Assembly (NCBI GenBank): GCA_030704615.1
Contig: CM060731.1
Coordinates: 43,214,001-43,278,000, forward strand
Direction of reading: 5' to 3'
Length of the DNA stretch: 64,000 nucleotides
Origin: Takakia lepidozioides
Lineage: Eukaryota; Plantae; Bryophyta
Part shown: one piece after another, positions 25,317 through 39,012 of the stretch
How the letters are laid out: every line of letters starts with the position of its first letter
How positions within the stretch are numbered: the stretch's first letter is position 1
Position numbers and translations under genes: made by a program
Notes under the pieces: generated by a model
Told to the model about the DNA's origin: nothing
The model's database searches: none
The model's input: the letters and a program-made list of their open reading frames with translations, nothing else

Positions 25317-27314
25317 TTACTCATACAAATGGGCAGGCAACCTTTGGAGTGCCACAGCATGCAATGGCTTTGCCATGGAAAGTGTTAATCCGAATTTCTC
25401 TGACATGTCCAAAGTAGTGGGGTCCTGCCCAGTTGGAAGGGACCAGTCAAAGCTCTGAAGAAGGCTAGCAAGCATTATCTGAACCATGATAAGTGCCAGT
25501 GGCATTCCCGGGCATCCTCTTCTTCCGGTTCCAAAAGGCAAAAGCTGGAAGTGCTGGCCTTTCACATCAAGCTCAGGATGCTCCATGAATCTTTCTGGAT
25601 CAAACTCAAGAGGTCTTTCCCAGCTAGAAGGATCCCGGCCTATTGCCCATGGGTTGACGATCAGACGGGTTTTGGCTGGCAGAATGTAACCAGCAACTTC
25701 GCATGTCTCACGAGACTCGTGGGGAATCAGCAATGGACCCACGGGGTGAAGGCGGTAGTTCTCTTTTATTACAGCTTGTAGGTACTCGAGATTTGGGAGG
25801 TCTGATTCCTGGACAAGCCGAGTGGTTCCAACGACAGCATCTAGTTCAGCTTGTACGCGTCTCATAATATGAGGGTTGCGAAGAAGCTCGGCCATTGCCC
25901 ATTCTGTTGTGACCGCCGATGTCTCTGATCCACCAGCCAACATGTCCTGCAAGACATGAACACAAGAGTTTTGACCTGAAAGCTAGCTCTCTACCTGAAG
26001 CCAGATTTTTTGGGAATAGATCGCATTTAACATAGCTAGAACAGCTTCACTAGTACTGTAACTTATTCGGGACGAGCTGTCGATGATGACAGCTCAAGTG
26101 ATCATCAATTCAACAATTTAGTGGATTACATTCATATTAATCAAAACTTACCAGGATCACAGCTTGTATGGTTTCATCGGAGAGATGACCAGTTCCATCT
26201 TCTGTAGGCATGGTGAGCAACACATCAACAAAGTCTTTTGGTGTCTCCCTATTCCCTTTTTCCACTGATGCAGCCTTTCTGTGCTCGTCAATCCACTGCC
26301 TTGTAATAGTGTGCAGTGCGACCTGCGTCTCCCTCATACGCCCCTCGATACCTTGCAGCTTCGACACCCACGATAGATACGGGACGTAGTTACCAACAAT
26401 GAACATCCCGAGAAAGTGCGTTTGTTTGTCGACAAGTCCTTTAAACTGTTGCACTTCTTTAGACTGGCTTTCCACATCAATCCCGCCGAACCTGAGATAG
26501 GTGAAAATGGCAACTCAATACTAAGCGTCGATGACAGTCCTGAAGGATATGGTCTTATTCACGTTGCCTAAACTGTTGATAGCTATAGGGAGTACCAGGT
26601 TTCCATGGATGTCAAAATATATACAACAGAGAACTTTATATATGTTCTCATAATCTCCATTCAACAGAAAATCAAACGGCTTAGCTCATACATCACCTTT
26701 TGTTGATCAGCATGCGAGTCATGTTGTTAGTAGCCAACGACGACAACTTGAGGTTGAGGTCTACCACCTTTTCCTTCTGTGACTCCTCAAGGATGGCCTT
26801 CAATGTAGCAGCTATCTCATCTGTCCTTGCAGATCGAAACGATTCGATGCGTTTCTGAGTGAAAAGCTCAACCAGGCAGATCTTGCGTAAATGACGCAAA
26901 TAAGAACCTGAAGAAAACCCAATGCTTCGGTTATTTGAAGAAAGTATACACGAAGCCAAAGTCTTTGGACGATAGCTGGCAAACGCTTGATCATGAGTCC
27001 TGAGAAACTGTTTTGCCATCTCTGGAGTCGACGCTACAACAGTATCGTATGATCCAAGGCGCATACATCAGAGGCCCATATTTGTCAGCCAGGCGTGCCA
27101 ATGCCTGGTGCGGAAGATCGCCCAACACGGGTAAGTTTCCCAAGACAGGCCATGGGCGTGGCCCTGGTGGCAAGCGAGTGGGTTTTCTTAGGAAGAGATA
27201 CCCGTAGACTGCAATGGCGAGAAGGACGTCTATCAACATAAGAGGTAGCCCAAGTTGTTGTTGAGCCCACCGAACGATTCCTTGCAGGCCTGATGAATAT
27301 GTTTCCATGATCAT
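25317..27314 (-). CDS. Cytochrome P450, CYP71 clan; one apparent 2-bp frameshift near 27065 (pseudogene or assembly error)
   Basis: Membrane anchor and LPPGPRPWP hinge, I-helix AGGSETS, ExxR (ENYR), FDPERF, heme loop [11 protein letters not shown]. Exons 27314-26697, 26491-26152 and 25946-25317 with phase-consistent GT-AG introns. GPLMY and MRLGS are out of frame. Confidence 0.9.
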
Positions 27315-29382
27315 CGGAGATCCAAGTTTGCTGCCAGATGCTGGCTCTATCCCTTGAACTGGAGTACCGATCCATAAAATGAGAACACTCTTCCTAGCGC
27401 CTTACAGCTCTACCTTCCACCCAGACCTCTGCATTGAATATCCTGCCATTGTGTCGTGTCAAGTTCCTCGATAGCTCCTTCTGCTGCGTCACATCGAAGC
27501 AACACACGAACATTCCAACGTTCCTTCGACATTCAGCAAGCAAAGCAACACACGTCTCTAGAAGTCCTAGGCGTACGACTCAACCACCAAGATGGGATGA
27601 CTGCAATATCAACTTTTTATTCAAAATGTAAATCACATGGAAAGACACTAGACTGTTGACTACGCTGCACACAGTGCACTATCCAACTAAGCTACCATCC
27701 GGTAGTCAGTTCCATGGATTCATAAGTATATCTATAATATATAGAAATGTTTTCATATATATTTACTACAAATATATTTATTTGGACACATTGATGTCAC
27801 CCTTTGGTATAGGCTACAAATGGTTGCCATCAACGCAAACATCCTGGCTTTAGAGCTTCTCCAAGCCCATTGTAAATAGCCTGACAAGGATAAAATACTG
27901 GTAGCTACCAGTGTTGTGCAGGTCCGGGTTTTGACGGTGGGTACCCGGCGGGTTAGGATCCGGGTTACCCGGACCCATGCTATGACCAAAAACCCGGACC
28001 CTGACCCGTGTTCATTTTAGAAATGAACCTGGATCGGGATCCGAACCCGCCTGCTGGGTCCAGACCCCCTTAAACCTACTACCCGCGGGCCAATGTAGCC
28101 GGTTAGGGTTAGGGTCAGGGTCTTAATTTTAGATGGGGCATGCGGGGTCCACCTTAGATTTGGTAGGTTTTGTTATATCTGTGAGGGGACGAGTAGCTCT
28201 GATGCCCCAAACTTTCCTCATCACAGGTTTACCTTATTCATTCAAAGCAGCGATACTCATTCGTAGTATAAATTTCTGGCTTAAAATACCGTTGAACCGT
28301 TACAAAGATATCATAGCCAGGGTTAGTTATGGCTGGTGGCTGCATCATGGCCGTTCAAAAGATCTAGGGTTTTTATTGTGGTGCCACGGGCTTAGCCTGA
28401 CACGCCTCGCCACGCCACGCGTCAGGAAGGCATGCAGCTAGGGTTTGTGTAAAGTGGCGGCCTGACCTGGTGTCAGGCACTTGATGTACTCTGGTGTATG
28501 TAAATGTGGAAAGCTGTCTGAATGCGATACGTGTGTATGATTTTTGTCAGTTCGCTTGTAGAGATCCTCCTCTCGCGTGCATGCACGCTCCTCTTGTTCT
28601 TCCCCCCGTTGTTGAAGAGCACTTGAGAGGATAGGCAGATATTCGTCCTGCTTCTTTTATGGTGGAGGCGCGCCAGGTGTTTTCCTTGATCATTTAAACG
28701 GCGTGCTTAGGTTAAGATTAAGAGCTCATCGGTGTCTTATAAAGATGGCGGCAGCCCGCCACCCTGCAGTGTATTTGCTTAGTATTGAGTTCTCTCCATG
28801 CTTGCTCGCTAATCTTGCTTATGTTTCAGACTATGGCGTCTCATGTGTCGATTACTAGAAGTGCTGTTAATCGTGAAGGAGAGAGCTTGCATGTAGAGCT
28901 TGATCTGGTCATTTCACTTTCTGCTTAACCTGCTAACCCTCCTTCTTCCAGCACGCCGCCTGGCACTCTTGCCTTGCCGGTGTTGCCGGTGCGTGGAGAT
29001 ATTGCTGTTGATTCAGGTCTTGTTGTCCACTTGAATTCACCCAGGGATGCCTCGGCGTGAGCCTGGTCACGTGAGCGCGTGAGCGCAACTGCGCTCACGC
29101 CACGTCACCTTGCGCCAATGCCACATCACGGGGCTCACTCCACGTCATCACACTTGAAGACCGCGTCACCACGCGCCCAGGAAGAAGTGGAGTGTATTCC
29201 CGCGGATTGGCACCCTTTACCGCGGAAACAAGCTGGACGACATAATAAAAAGCAGTGATCATTCCCACCTGAAAGCAACAGATGAATAAAGGATGGATGA
29301 ATGTACAGTTGGATGATAAACAGATAGATGAGTGTGAAAAATGAATGTAGATGGATGAATGAGGGATGGATAAGAGTCAAAT

Positions 29383-29638
29383 GGATGAATGTATAATGGA
29401 TGTTGAGCAATGAAAAACATTCATGACAGGAAGATGCATGACTAAAACTTTAGACGAATGCACAACGTATATGACATGAGTGTGGAAGGTTTGTGGGGTG
29501 GATTAAAGAGTACAGAGGATGAATGTACAATGGATGTTGAACAAAGGAAAACATTCATGAATGGAGCACGCATGAATACACTGTAGATGAAAGCACAATG
29601 GATATGACAAGAGTGAGGGAGGTTTGTGAGATGGATTC
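29383..29638. repeat. ~134-bp tandem duplication in the GGATGA-rich left subterminal region
   Basis: ggatgaatgta(t/c)aatggatgttga...aaacattcatga...ggtttgtg recurs at 29383 and 29517. Confidence 0.7.
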
Positions 29639-30096
29639 ATACATATTGCAATTTAAATGGTAGTTGATTCTTTGATTTTTTTTCTTTCCAAAGGAACAAC
29701 TACAGTGGAGGAAGGGGATTCAACGTTTTCCAAAGAGGATGAAACAGAATATTAAAAGAACATAGTTCAGTCTGACTCAGAGTCAGTACAATGTATCCCC
29801 ACTTCCTCTGCATCTAAGTATAAGTATTTAAGAACTCCGGATCTACGCTGGCTACACCTACGGCCGGGCAGTAAAAATTCAGGGGATAGGGACTCGGCCG
29901 CGTGAAGTGCCATTGCTTCGGCATAATCAGGAAGCAAAAAATTGGAAAGGGGGCTGTCGAAAACAGACTCGCCACAAATGACTGTATCTCCTGAAGATCC
30001 ACCGCTGTCTTTCCTGAAAGACAGCCTGAAAAAGTTATTACTGTAACTTTGATGTTATTGAGAAATTGAGTATGACTCCCAAAGTGGGTTTAGCAC

Positions 30097-33000
30097 TTAC
30101 TCACATGAAAAGTCGTTGTCGATCTGCTTATCTTCAGGATCATCATCATTTCGAATTTGAATCCGATCAGTCTGTGTGCCTGAAGTGGAGCCAGACAAAA
30201 GGGGGAGGAGCACTGTGTTGTAGAGGTCAGAATCACCCTCCATGCCAAAAAGGCTTCTTCCGCCTGCCTTGCATGCATGGTAAGTTGCTCTTGTACCAGA
30301 CATGAGGACATGAACAGTTTGGTGGGGGGGATTTAAGCAGATGGAACCGGTGAAAGAAAATCAATTCGGAAGGGAGAGAACGAACCTGTGGACACAGAAA
30401 GATCGACCACCCGTGCAGAGTGGTGGCTGCATGACTCCAGCAGTATTTGCATGAACGCTGAGGATTTTTCCTTTGCACCTCTCCAGGGAGTGCCATCTGG
30501 TCTCTTCAGAGTCTGACTGGACTGCATGAAGTTGTGTAAAATGTCATCGACATGCGGCTCACAGGGGGGGTTGACGAAACAACCCTGGTCAGAAATCTCA
30601 AAGCTGCGGATGGAGGATAGTGTCTTTGAGGTGCGAATCCTCCGCAGGCAGATCGCCTCGAACATCCTCGTCTGCCAAAGATAGCAGGTTAGTGTGGTAA
30701 ACACAATCTATAGTGGAAGTGTGTACATCGGCTATTCAGAACTCAGGCACAAAACAATCATTTTTATCACGAATCGGTGTCGATCATGACAGATTCTTCT
30801 AGAGTGGAGCTGCAGAGAACATTGAAACTCATCATGAAAGCACAAGCAGAAGGGAGACGGCATACCAGCTGACCAGGGAAACCCCCTTTCACAAGGTAGA
30901 GGCTGTTCACACAATTCCATGTGCGCAAAACTTCAAACCCTGAAGACTTCAGGTATGATGCCAATGCCCGACGACTATCTTTGTCACATGACTGAAAAAG
31001 CAGAAGTGTCCCTGCATCAGAGAGGAAATTATTACAGAACCCGAACACCCAACTCCAGTAGTTGTCCTCGAATTTGTTCCAGCCTGGCGTCTTGCCCTTT
31101 GGAAGAACTTCTGGCACATCCTGGCCAGGGATATCGAGAATGACAATGTCAGCCGCATATGTTTTCTGCACACCGCACACGAAGGTGGGACCTGTGCTCA
31201 CCTGCAACAGACATGTTTTTTTTAAGAACGATGGCAAGAATGTTTTCAAAGAACCAGACTGAAATACTGCCAATGAAACTTTCAGAGAAAAAAGAAAGAA
31301 ACTGGAATTCTCACCAGATTGAGGAATGAGATTATGTTGTCACAGGTAGGCGAAGGCACCCCAGTGTATGCTCTCTTTCGACTCTGCATCATCGACAGCC
31401 AACCCTCATTGACAATTTTAATCTTTCCTGACGAATCAGAACGGGAAGGGTGTGGCTTGGCATCAAACACGCACTGAACTGTGCGGGTATATCTTCCAGC
31501 AGTGAAGTCCTGCCCACTCTCCATCTCCTTTTCTTCTCCTTCCCCTTGTCCTTTTCCTTCTCTTTGGACTTGTCTTTGTCCTTTGGCTGTGCTGGTGAGA
31601 TGGCTATGACATCAAGAGCCTTGTCTTTTGGTTTGCGGCCCGCCTTCTTTCCCTTCTGCGGCGTTCCCTGAGCATCAGGCTCCTTGGCAGCCAATGTTGC
31701 TATGTTTCGTTGGTACTCTTCGTCAGTCAAAGACGCCAGCATCTCAACGTTATTGTTCAAATATTTCATATGCTGTTCTTGAAAGGTCGTGTGCTCCGGT
31801 GGGCAGTCAAGGTACCACCCACAGTCTCTGAAGTGAGAAGGACTCCAGTCCTTCAATATCCCTGCAGTATACATGGTTGGATCGTTTGCAGGGTCCGACC
31901 ACATGTCAAGATAGTCTGGAATACCGCTCAGGTGATTTCCTTCCATAAGCACATATTTCGTGTATCTGTTAAACAGGAGATAAATCCCAACCCACCAAAG
32001 CGCGAAGTGAGTAAGATGCAAGTAGCACAGAATGAAAAAAACATGGATTGAAATGGCTCTGAGAACTGCTCCAAGGACCTTTTAGGACCACACGACAGCT
32101 CCGGATGTGAATGTCGTCAACGCCATTCAAAACATTCCATTCAATGATACTGTAAATACACCCTAATCCACGTGAATGCAAACTCTCGCTTTGGAATGAC
32201 ACAGACATAGAAGTGAATGTCGTCAACGACATTCACTTTGGATTTGTGAATACACTGCTAATCAAGCCTAATGATTTCTCAAAAGAGGCAAAATCATTGG
32301 ATGGAAATCAGAAACTCGAGTAAGGAACCCTCCCCAAAAACTCAATGGACATTCATAACGAACATAACACTGAGGACCTCATAATAACACTGGATGTGAA
32401 TGGCGTCAACGCCATTCACAAAATTACGAACAAGGAACCAATTAATACACCCTTAGCTCCCAATCCATGTAAATTCAAATTGTCGCTGGTGAATGACACA
32501 GACATAGAAGTGAATGTCGTCAACGACATTCACTTTGGATCTCTGATAACACAGCTAATCAAGCCTCAAGATTTCTCGCAAGAGGCAAAAGCAATGCAGA
32601 ACAACTGAATGTCTGCATTGACATTCAGCAAACTGAAGTGAGGAACCCTCACTGTAAACTCTATGGACATTACAAAAACTTACATAACTCTGAGGACCTC
32701 TCAACAACTCTGGATGTGAATGTCGTCAACGCCATTCAGGGACATTATCAATTCTAATCAGGGACACTATAATTACACCCTAAGCTCCTAATCCAGGTGA
32801 ATTCAAATTCTCGCTTAAGAATGACTCAGACAAGAAGTGAATGTCGTCAACAACATTCAATTTGGATCTATGATTACAATCCTTATGAAGCCAAATTATT
32901 TCCCAAAAAGTGCAGTAGAGTTTCCAGTATGATATTGCACCTGTACACAACTCGCATCATGGCCCATTCTCCTCCAACCTGACTGTCAAAGTCGTTGGAC

Positions 33001-35843
33001 CGTAAAATGTTACCATCTTTGGAGAACTCCCGGAAAAAACAGTATCTCCAGGTGAGACCTCTCCACTTCCTTATGTATGCCTCCAATGACATTTGGGGAG
33101 GGGAAACAATCGAAATGTTCAAGTCCTTCAAAGTCTGATCCAGCACAATGACGGCGCGCTTTTCGAGCTGCAAATTGTATATTTGTCAGTATTGCAAATA
33201 AGATACTCATCACATAATTGAAGAAAAGAAAACGGCTTATTTGAATACACACCTGACTCCAAAATGTAGCCTTGTGGAGCCAGTTATCAAACACCAAATC
33301 ACTGATTCCTTCCACCTTTGTGCCAGGCTGTATGGTGCCTTTGGGAACTGATTCAAGTCCTTTACTGTCTGATCTGAGTTCCATATCTCCAGCCACCTTA
33401 TTTTTGTTTGTGGGTCGACCATGGATATGGCCAGCCGGTGCAATTTCTCCTGCTGCATCTCTGGATGCACATGCTTGTCATAGTGAGATTTGATCTGCTG
33501 AAGGAACTCATAACCAAGTCCAGGATCTACTATTCTAAGCTGTTTCCGAAGGCGGACATCAATTTGGTTCTTCGCATTTCAAACTCCTTTTTTATTGCTG
33601 CTTCCACACCCTTTGATGTCCTTAGTTCCTCTGGTGTAGTGCGGTAATATTCGGATTTTCCCTTCTCAGCTGCCTCTGCCAGTTCTTGCTGCATTGATTC
33701 AAATAGTGATTAGCACCGAAGGGACTACAAACATGTATTCGAAAAGTAAACTGAGTACAGACTCGGGCTTACCGCATACATGTACTCTAGAAACGCCTCT
33801 CGAGTCAAAGAATACCAAGTGCCTGCAGCTCTTCCTGTTTCGCACTTCTTGATTATATTGGGGGGGGGTACTGTCCGAAAATCATCCAGCTTCATCAGAC
33901 CAATCCTCTGAATTCGGAATAGTGTGTGGACCAAGCTTGTTGTCACATGCGATTTCTCTGTCGATCTGCAAAAACATTGGAAACATTGCATTCCTTAACA
34001 CTGTTTTTTTGGGATTAACAAGACACTACAGAGGGAATGAAATCTCTAGGATGACTTACTTGTTCACGTCGTGCATAGCTGTAAGAAGCCTAGCGATGTC
34101 GTTTCCTGGATCCAAAACCATTGCCTCCACAGCAACATGCTTGTCTTTGTCTTTCGCATGGTGTTTCTGGATGTATCCCATCCATGCCAGCAATCAGTGG
34201 TTGCCGTCCCAGACGTAGAACATGTGGTTGCAGAATTGCTGGGTGTTCTTTCCTATCATGAGGCCCAGCTCGAACTCCTCATTGGCATCTTTCCAGCACT
34301 CATCCCAGGTATCACTGATCTCTGGAGACACTAATGTGCTTTTCCCATTTATATCCGTCAGTGACATATAAAAAACTTGTGCACCAAGTCTGTATCCATG
34401 CATGAAATCACTCTCCAATTTTGTTATGTCATGGGAAAGAGGTGGACGCACAACAGGCATAGATATCATCCGGCACAGAGGGATGTCCAGACGCCCTCCA
34501 GATACGAGCATGTCCCTTATAACCTCCTGAGAGTTTACCTTCTGGAATGACATGAGTTCTTTCACCTTGTCAAGGTAGTGCACTTCAGATTCGTCTGCTT
34601 CATCGTTATTCTCTGAGCTTTTTCCAGACTCGTCCCCATCTCCAGATCCTTTCCCCTCTGATCCTGTAGGCTTGGACCTCACAGTTTTCTACATGATGCC
34701 ATTCAAATCTGACTGAGTAATGTGCAAATAGTGAACGGCGGTAACGACCATCACTCTGTCTCGACGAAACTCACAATGAATGGTGTGAAACAAATTCAGA
34801 ACCATCTACACAAGCAAAGCTGATCCTGCCGAATTCAAAACAAAAGCGAGAGCGAGAGCGAACGGCGTTAACGACAATCACAAAAGACAAAGACCTGCCG
34901 GATCGGTGTTATGTAATGACATATATGTGTAAGTGATTGGCGGCAACGACATTCAGTATAGTTTAGGGCGGATAATAAGTGCAAATTATTCAGATTGACT
35001 CCATTGTGATTACCGTTGCAAGCATTCACGGTTTCCTGTCTATGTCGAGAGTACTTTCCAATCGATACTCTACTTGAATCTACAGTATGGTCTTCAAATC
35101 TTTGATTGGCCGTACCGCCTTTCCACTTCTCTATCTGTTCAACCTCATACAAAGAAAATGCATTGCAATACATTATGATTGAATATGCCGACCCTCACTC
35201 TCTCTTCAAACACATAGGTAAATAAATCTCATGAGGAGAATCGAATGGCGTTAACGACGCTCGCAATTCAGTAGACTTCAATCACATGTTCCTGCTAAAG
35301 AAAGGAAGAGGAAGGACTGCTTGAAAGGCAATCAGATAGACTGTATGATCTGAACAACAGTGAATGACGGTACCGTCAGTCACCCACTCATTGTGCTGTA
35401 AACCCTTAACAGAGGAGTAGAAAGCAAATCACCGTTGTTTCATGGTGATGGTCGGTAGCCACAATCCATTTCTGGGACATTCCACTCAATCTCTACGCAG
35501 ATCTTCAACAATGAAATGTAAGTTAGAGAAAACTTATTGGCGCCTTCTTAGGTTTTGAAATTGGATCCCCTTCTGCAGCTTTCCTCTTCCCTCTCACATC
35601 TGCTGGAATTTCTGTCTGCTCTAGGGTTTCTGGACCTTCTCCCGGTTCAGCGTTCCTCGTACTTCCACCTCTTTCAGTTTCCCTGCGAGTCATCTCTGCA
35701 TCCACAGGCTGGTTTCCAACGCGCACTGTTATCGCCGACTATGTCACAGCCGCTGCCTCAGTCTCGGTCTGCTCTTGTGAATCAGTCTCCGCGTTCACCT
35801 GCTGCCTTGGCCCTGTGTTCTCCAACAAACGACGCCTCGTCAT
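30097..35843 (-). pseudogene. Multi-exon ParB/Sulfiredoxin-like plus N6-adenine/N4-cytosine DNA methyltransferase-like (beta-class order) fusion gene, degenerate
   Basis: N-terminal: VRPPLSHDITKLESDF.GY...YVWDGNH(TGA for R)LLAW. C-terminal, in order: ADIVILDIP (motif IV position), FLSDAGTLLLF (VI), WRGAKEKSSAFMQILLESCS (X), RVVDLSVSTG|ATYHACKAGGRSLFGMEGD (I-II). GT-AG exon borders at 34689-34060, 33965-33773, 33688-, and a donor at 30385. Contains stops and frameshifts. Confidence 0.7.
32095..32870. repeat. Intronic tandem array of three ~290-320-bp units, each with two 24-bp palindromes
   Basis: GTGAATG(T/G)CGT-CA-ACG(A/C)CATTCAC at 32107, 32213, 32396, 32510, 32716 and 32837. Confidence 0.9.
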
Positions 35844-36699
35844 TTTCTCTCTTGCTCTGCGTCTCTCTCTAAGGGAAGTAAAATAAAGAGACTTTCTTCT
35901 CTTTCGTATTGTAGAAGGAACCCTCTCCAGCTTGACTACCACTCTCCCTCTAAGCGCGAAAAGTAGAAAAATGAAGTGACTCCCGATTTCTTGTGGGATT
36001 GCGTGCGTTGTTGCTTGTCTCTAGAAGCATCGGATTCCCTCTCGCGTGACCGTTACACATAGTCGTTCCCTTATTAGTGCACATGCCAGCAATTAGTGTA
36101 CAGCTGTTCGTATTCAGTTATCGATGTCTGATGTGTGTCGCCCACAATAAACGGCGTGTTCTTTATTAGACCGGTTTCAATATTTAAAAATAACAGCGAA
36201 TCCCAGAAATCTTGGCGCACAGTCTTAGACAAATATATGTAAATGAACGAGAGTTTGATGACAAATTTTGGGATGTCATACACGGTCATCCTTGTTAGCC
36301 AACCCCACGTTCGTTTCACATTTTGAACTTTCCAGGTACGCATGATCATTGGTAGTAGTGTAAAGATACATTTACTTAATCTGCAATCCCACCCTCAGAT
36401 CCTGTGGCATGCTTCCAGGAAGTCGGCTTGTTATTGTGTTTATTGATGAGGTTTTGATTAACGGTTTAACAGCTGCCGACATTGCTCCTAGGGATACTCT
36501 GACCATTGGGCCCACAAGAAAAGTAATTAAAATGGACGGCTGCATATCTGGAAGGAATAACAGAATATGCACAGTCGTCGTCTGAGCTTCCTCCGCCATA
36601 TTCTCTGCTCATTCTTCAACTGTGTTCTGGAGACATCAGTAAACCGATTTACACTGAAGGTCTGCGATAGCAAGGTATCAACGTACGCGAGGAAGGAAG

Positions 36700-39012
36700 A
36701 TGGCTTCCTCTGAAGCGGAGTTCTTCTCTGACGACAAACCAGTGCCGTTCTCCCAGGAAGTCCTTGACAATGGATTTGCAATTGTTCTCGAACATGTCTT
36801 GGCTACCCGTTTTCAGCTTCAGAATGGCTCCATCTTTTTGGAGAAAGAGGTGTACGATTTGAAAGGGAAGTTGTTGAAATACTCTTTCCAAAACCGTGAT
36901 GAGACGGCTCATGTCAGCCAGTGGAGAGAGTGCGCCCATCCGCAACAACATCTGCAATTGCTCTTGGCGCAAGCAAGTCCTTCTTGGAAAGCCATATTTT
37001 TTAGTGAAGGGGATTCTGTGGGGACTAAACTTGACGGTGCAGCATTGGACCTGGTCATGGATCATTTCTCCACTTTGAGTTCACCTAACATTCGGCATCA
37101 GATCAATGCATTAAGAATGGGCTCTGGTATCAGAGGCTACATAGACAACATTTTGGAGTTGAAACGAGGGAGCAAGTACGATTACATCCAGGACAATGTA
37201 TTCCCAGGTCAAGGTGTCATCAAAGTTTTTCTTTTCAAAATGTCGACTGTTGGGGAGGGCAGTGGGGTTAGCCTCGTGAAGCGGATGCAGAAGACTGGGG
37301 ACTTGCAGAACTGTTTTCTTATGTTTGATCATGTAAAATGAGTGAAGGATTGGACGACAATGGCTTGTCATGTCTACGATCCAGTGTACCAACGAGTTAT
37401 GACAATTGCAGTTTGAGACATGCAATCCGAGGATACGGAATCCCAGAAGCTCATGTGGAATTCCCTGATACGTGTCATGGGCTGCCATGGGCTGCCATCT
37501 CCAAATTTCGTAGGTTTCATGGCGGATAGTGCTCAAGCAAATTTCAATGCTGTTCGTATTATCTTCGGATCGGGCGACCCAAAAGTGCCAATGCGAAGAA
37601 GAGAGCGTACATGTCTATTCCATTGGACACAATCTCTGGAAAAACATACAAAGTCGGACGTCAAACCAGAGATGCAGACTCAGCACCGTAAATTGTGCAA
37701 AGAGTACAAAGATGCTAGAACAATGAAGGAGGCGGACACTTTGTTCCAGACAATTCGTGCCTGGTGGTTCTCTTCTGGAGCTGCATCACTTAAGAGTATG
37801 AGAGCATTGGAAGATTGGCTGGCGTTTTGGCACTTCCGGTATAGACAGTAGGGAGCAGCCATGCCAGTGGTACGAGGCTTATATTTCTTGCTTTATTCAT
37901 ACATTTACTTTCCATTTTATTGTGTCCTTGCTTTCTTTATGTTGTTTTCTGTTCACTGTTTTGAAGTGTGGTTCTTCACTTTGCAGAACATGTCCATTGA
38001 GGAAATGGCGGACATGTCATCTTGCAATTTGGCAGAAACTGTGTACAACGCATGGTTGCAGCAGTCTGGGAAACGAGGTCGGGATTTGTATGTGGCAACA
38101 ACAGATGATTTGATACGTGCCTTGCAACAACAAACCCGATACCGTGATTTCTTGCGAGGTGGGGTTGGTGGCAAGGGTCCGGACAAATGGGAGTTGATGT
38201 TGCGTGCTGCAAACAGATATGGGGATCCAATCAAGATAGCACGGGCGGTGAGCATGTATGCCCAGGGAACGCCACTTGTTTCTAGAGTTCTACATCTTGA
38301 AGGGGAGGAGAGATTCGGCTCCTGTAAGAGGAAATTGAACACTCCACCTGATTCGAATTCCGATTCGCACAGGGCAGACCGTGATAACTTCTCGAAGCCT
38401 CGTGTTCCCCTGCATGATAGCTCCATGTTCGGAACCTCCATTGTGGAGGAACCTCCAACACGACGGCAAGCTCTAGCATCAAACAGTGCCACTGACATGG
38501 TGCAGGAGAGAAACAACCCCCTTGATGTGCTTGAGTCCGCATGCCCCAACCACGTTTGGCACATAGAACGCACAAGTGTAGGGTCTCGTGTGAAATGTAC
38601 AGCGATCAGGGCAACTAATTTCGAGAAGGTTCGGCGTTTCCCTCCAACCGCTGAACACTTTGGCAAAGTGGAGTCCGCAAGAATGCTCCAAGCTCGTGTT
38701 GGAAGCACCATGGAAGTACCCGATCCAGGATATGGTCGGGTATTCACAATCATCACTTCCACATCTGCTGTTCATGACAGGACCTACGACATCACGGTTT
38801 CCAATTTCCCCAATTGCACATATCCTGATTTTGTGAATATGCTATCAACCAGTTTGGGCAAGAGAGGTAAATTCATACCCTGCAAACATTTGTATTTCAT
38901 ATCTTTGAAGAGGATGGTTTGCGATCCCAAACGTGACAACTTCATTCACCAGGCCACTATGAGTTTCAACGAGGTCGATACTCTATTGCAGCGGGATACA
39001 ACACATGGGTAG
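36700..39012 (+). pseudogene. MULE-type DDE transposase with C-terminal SWIM zinc finger, disrupted by stops
   Basis: FLMFDHVK (D1), FVGFMADSA (D2) followed by CLFH (CxxH), CNLAETV (E), and SWIM-like CTYPDF...PCKH. In-frame stops at ~37339, ~37415 and ~37849; intron ~37870-37987. 5' exons may extend to ~36080. Confidence 0.8.

Noticed and set aside
32095-32870. Palindromic repeats with spacers resembling a CRISPR array
   Set aside because: The spacers are themselves repeated and ~80-180 bp long, the array is inside a spliceosomal intron, and there are no cas genes.
30097-35843. Bacterial or phage contamination as the source of the ParB-MTase
   Set aside because: The gene has GT-AG introns and is nested inside plant transposons with continuous flanks.
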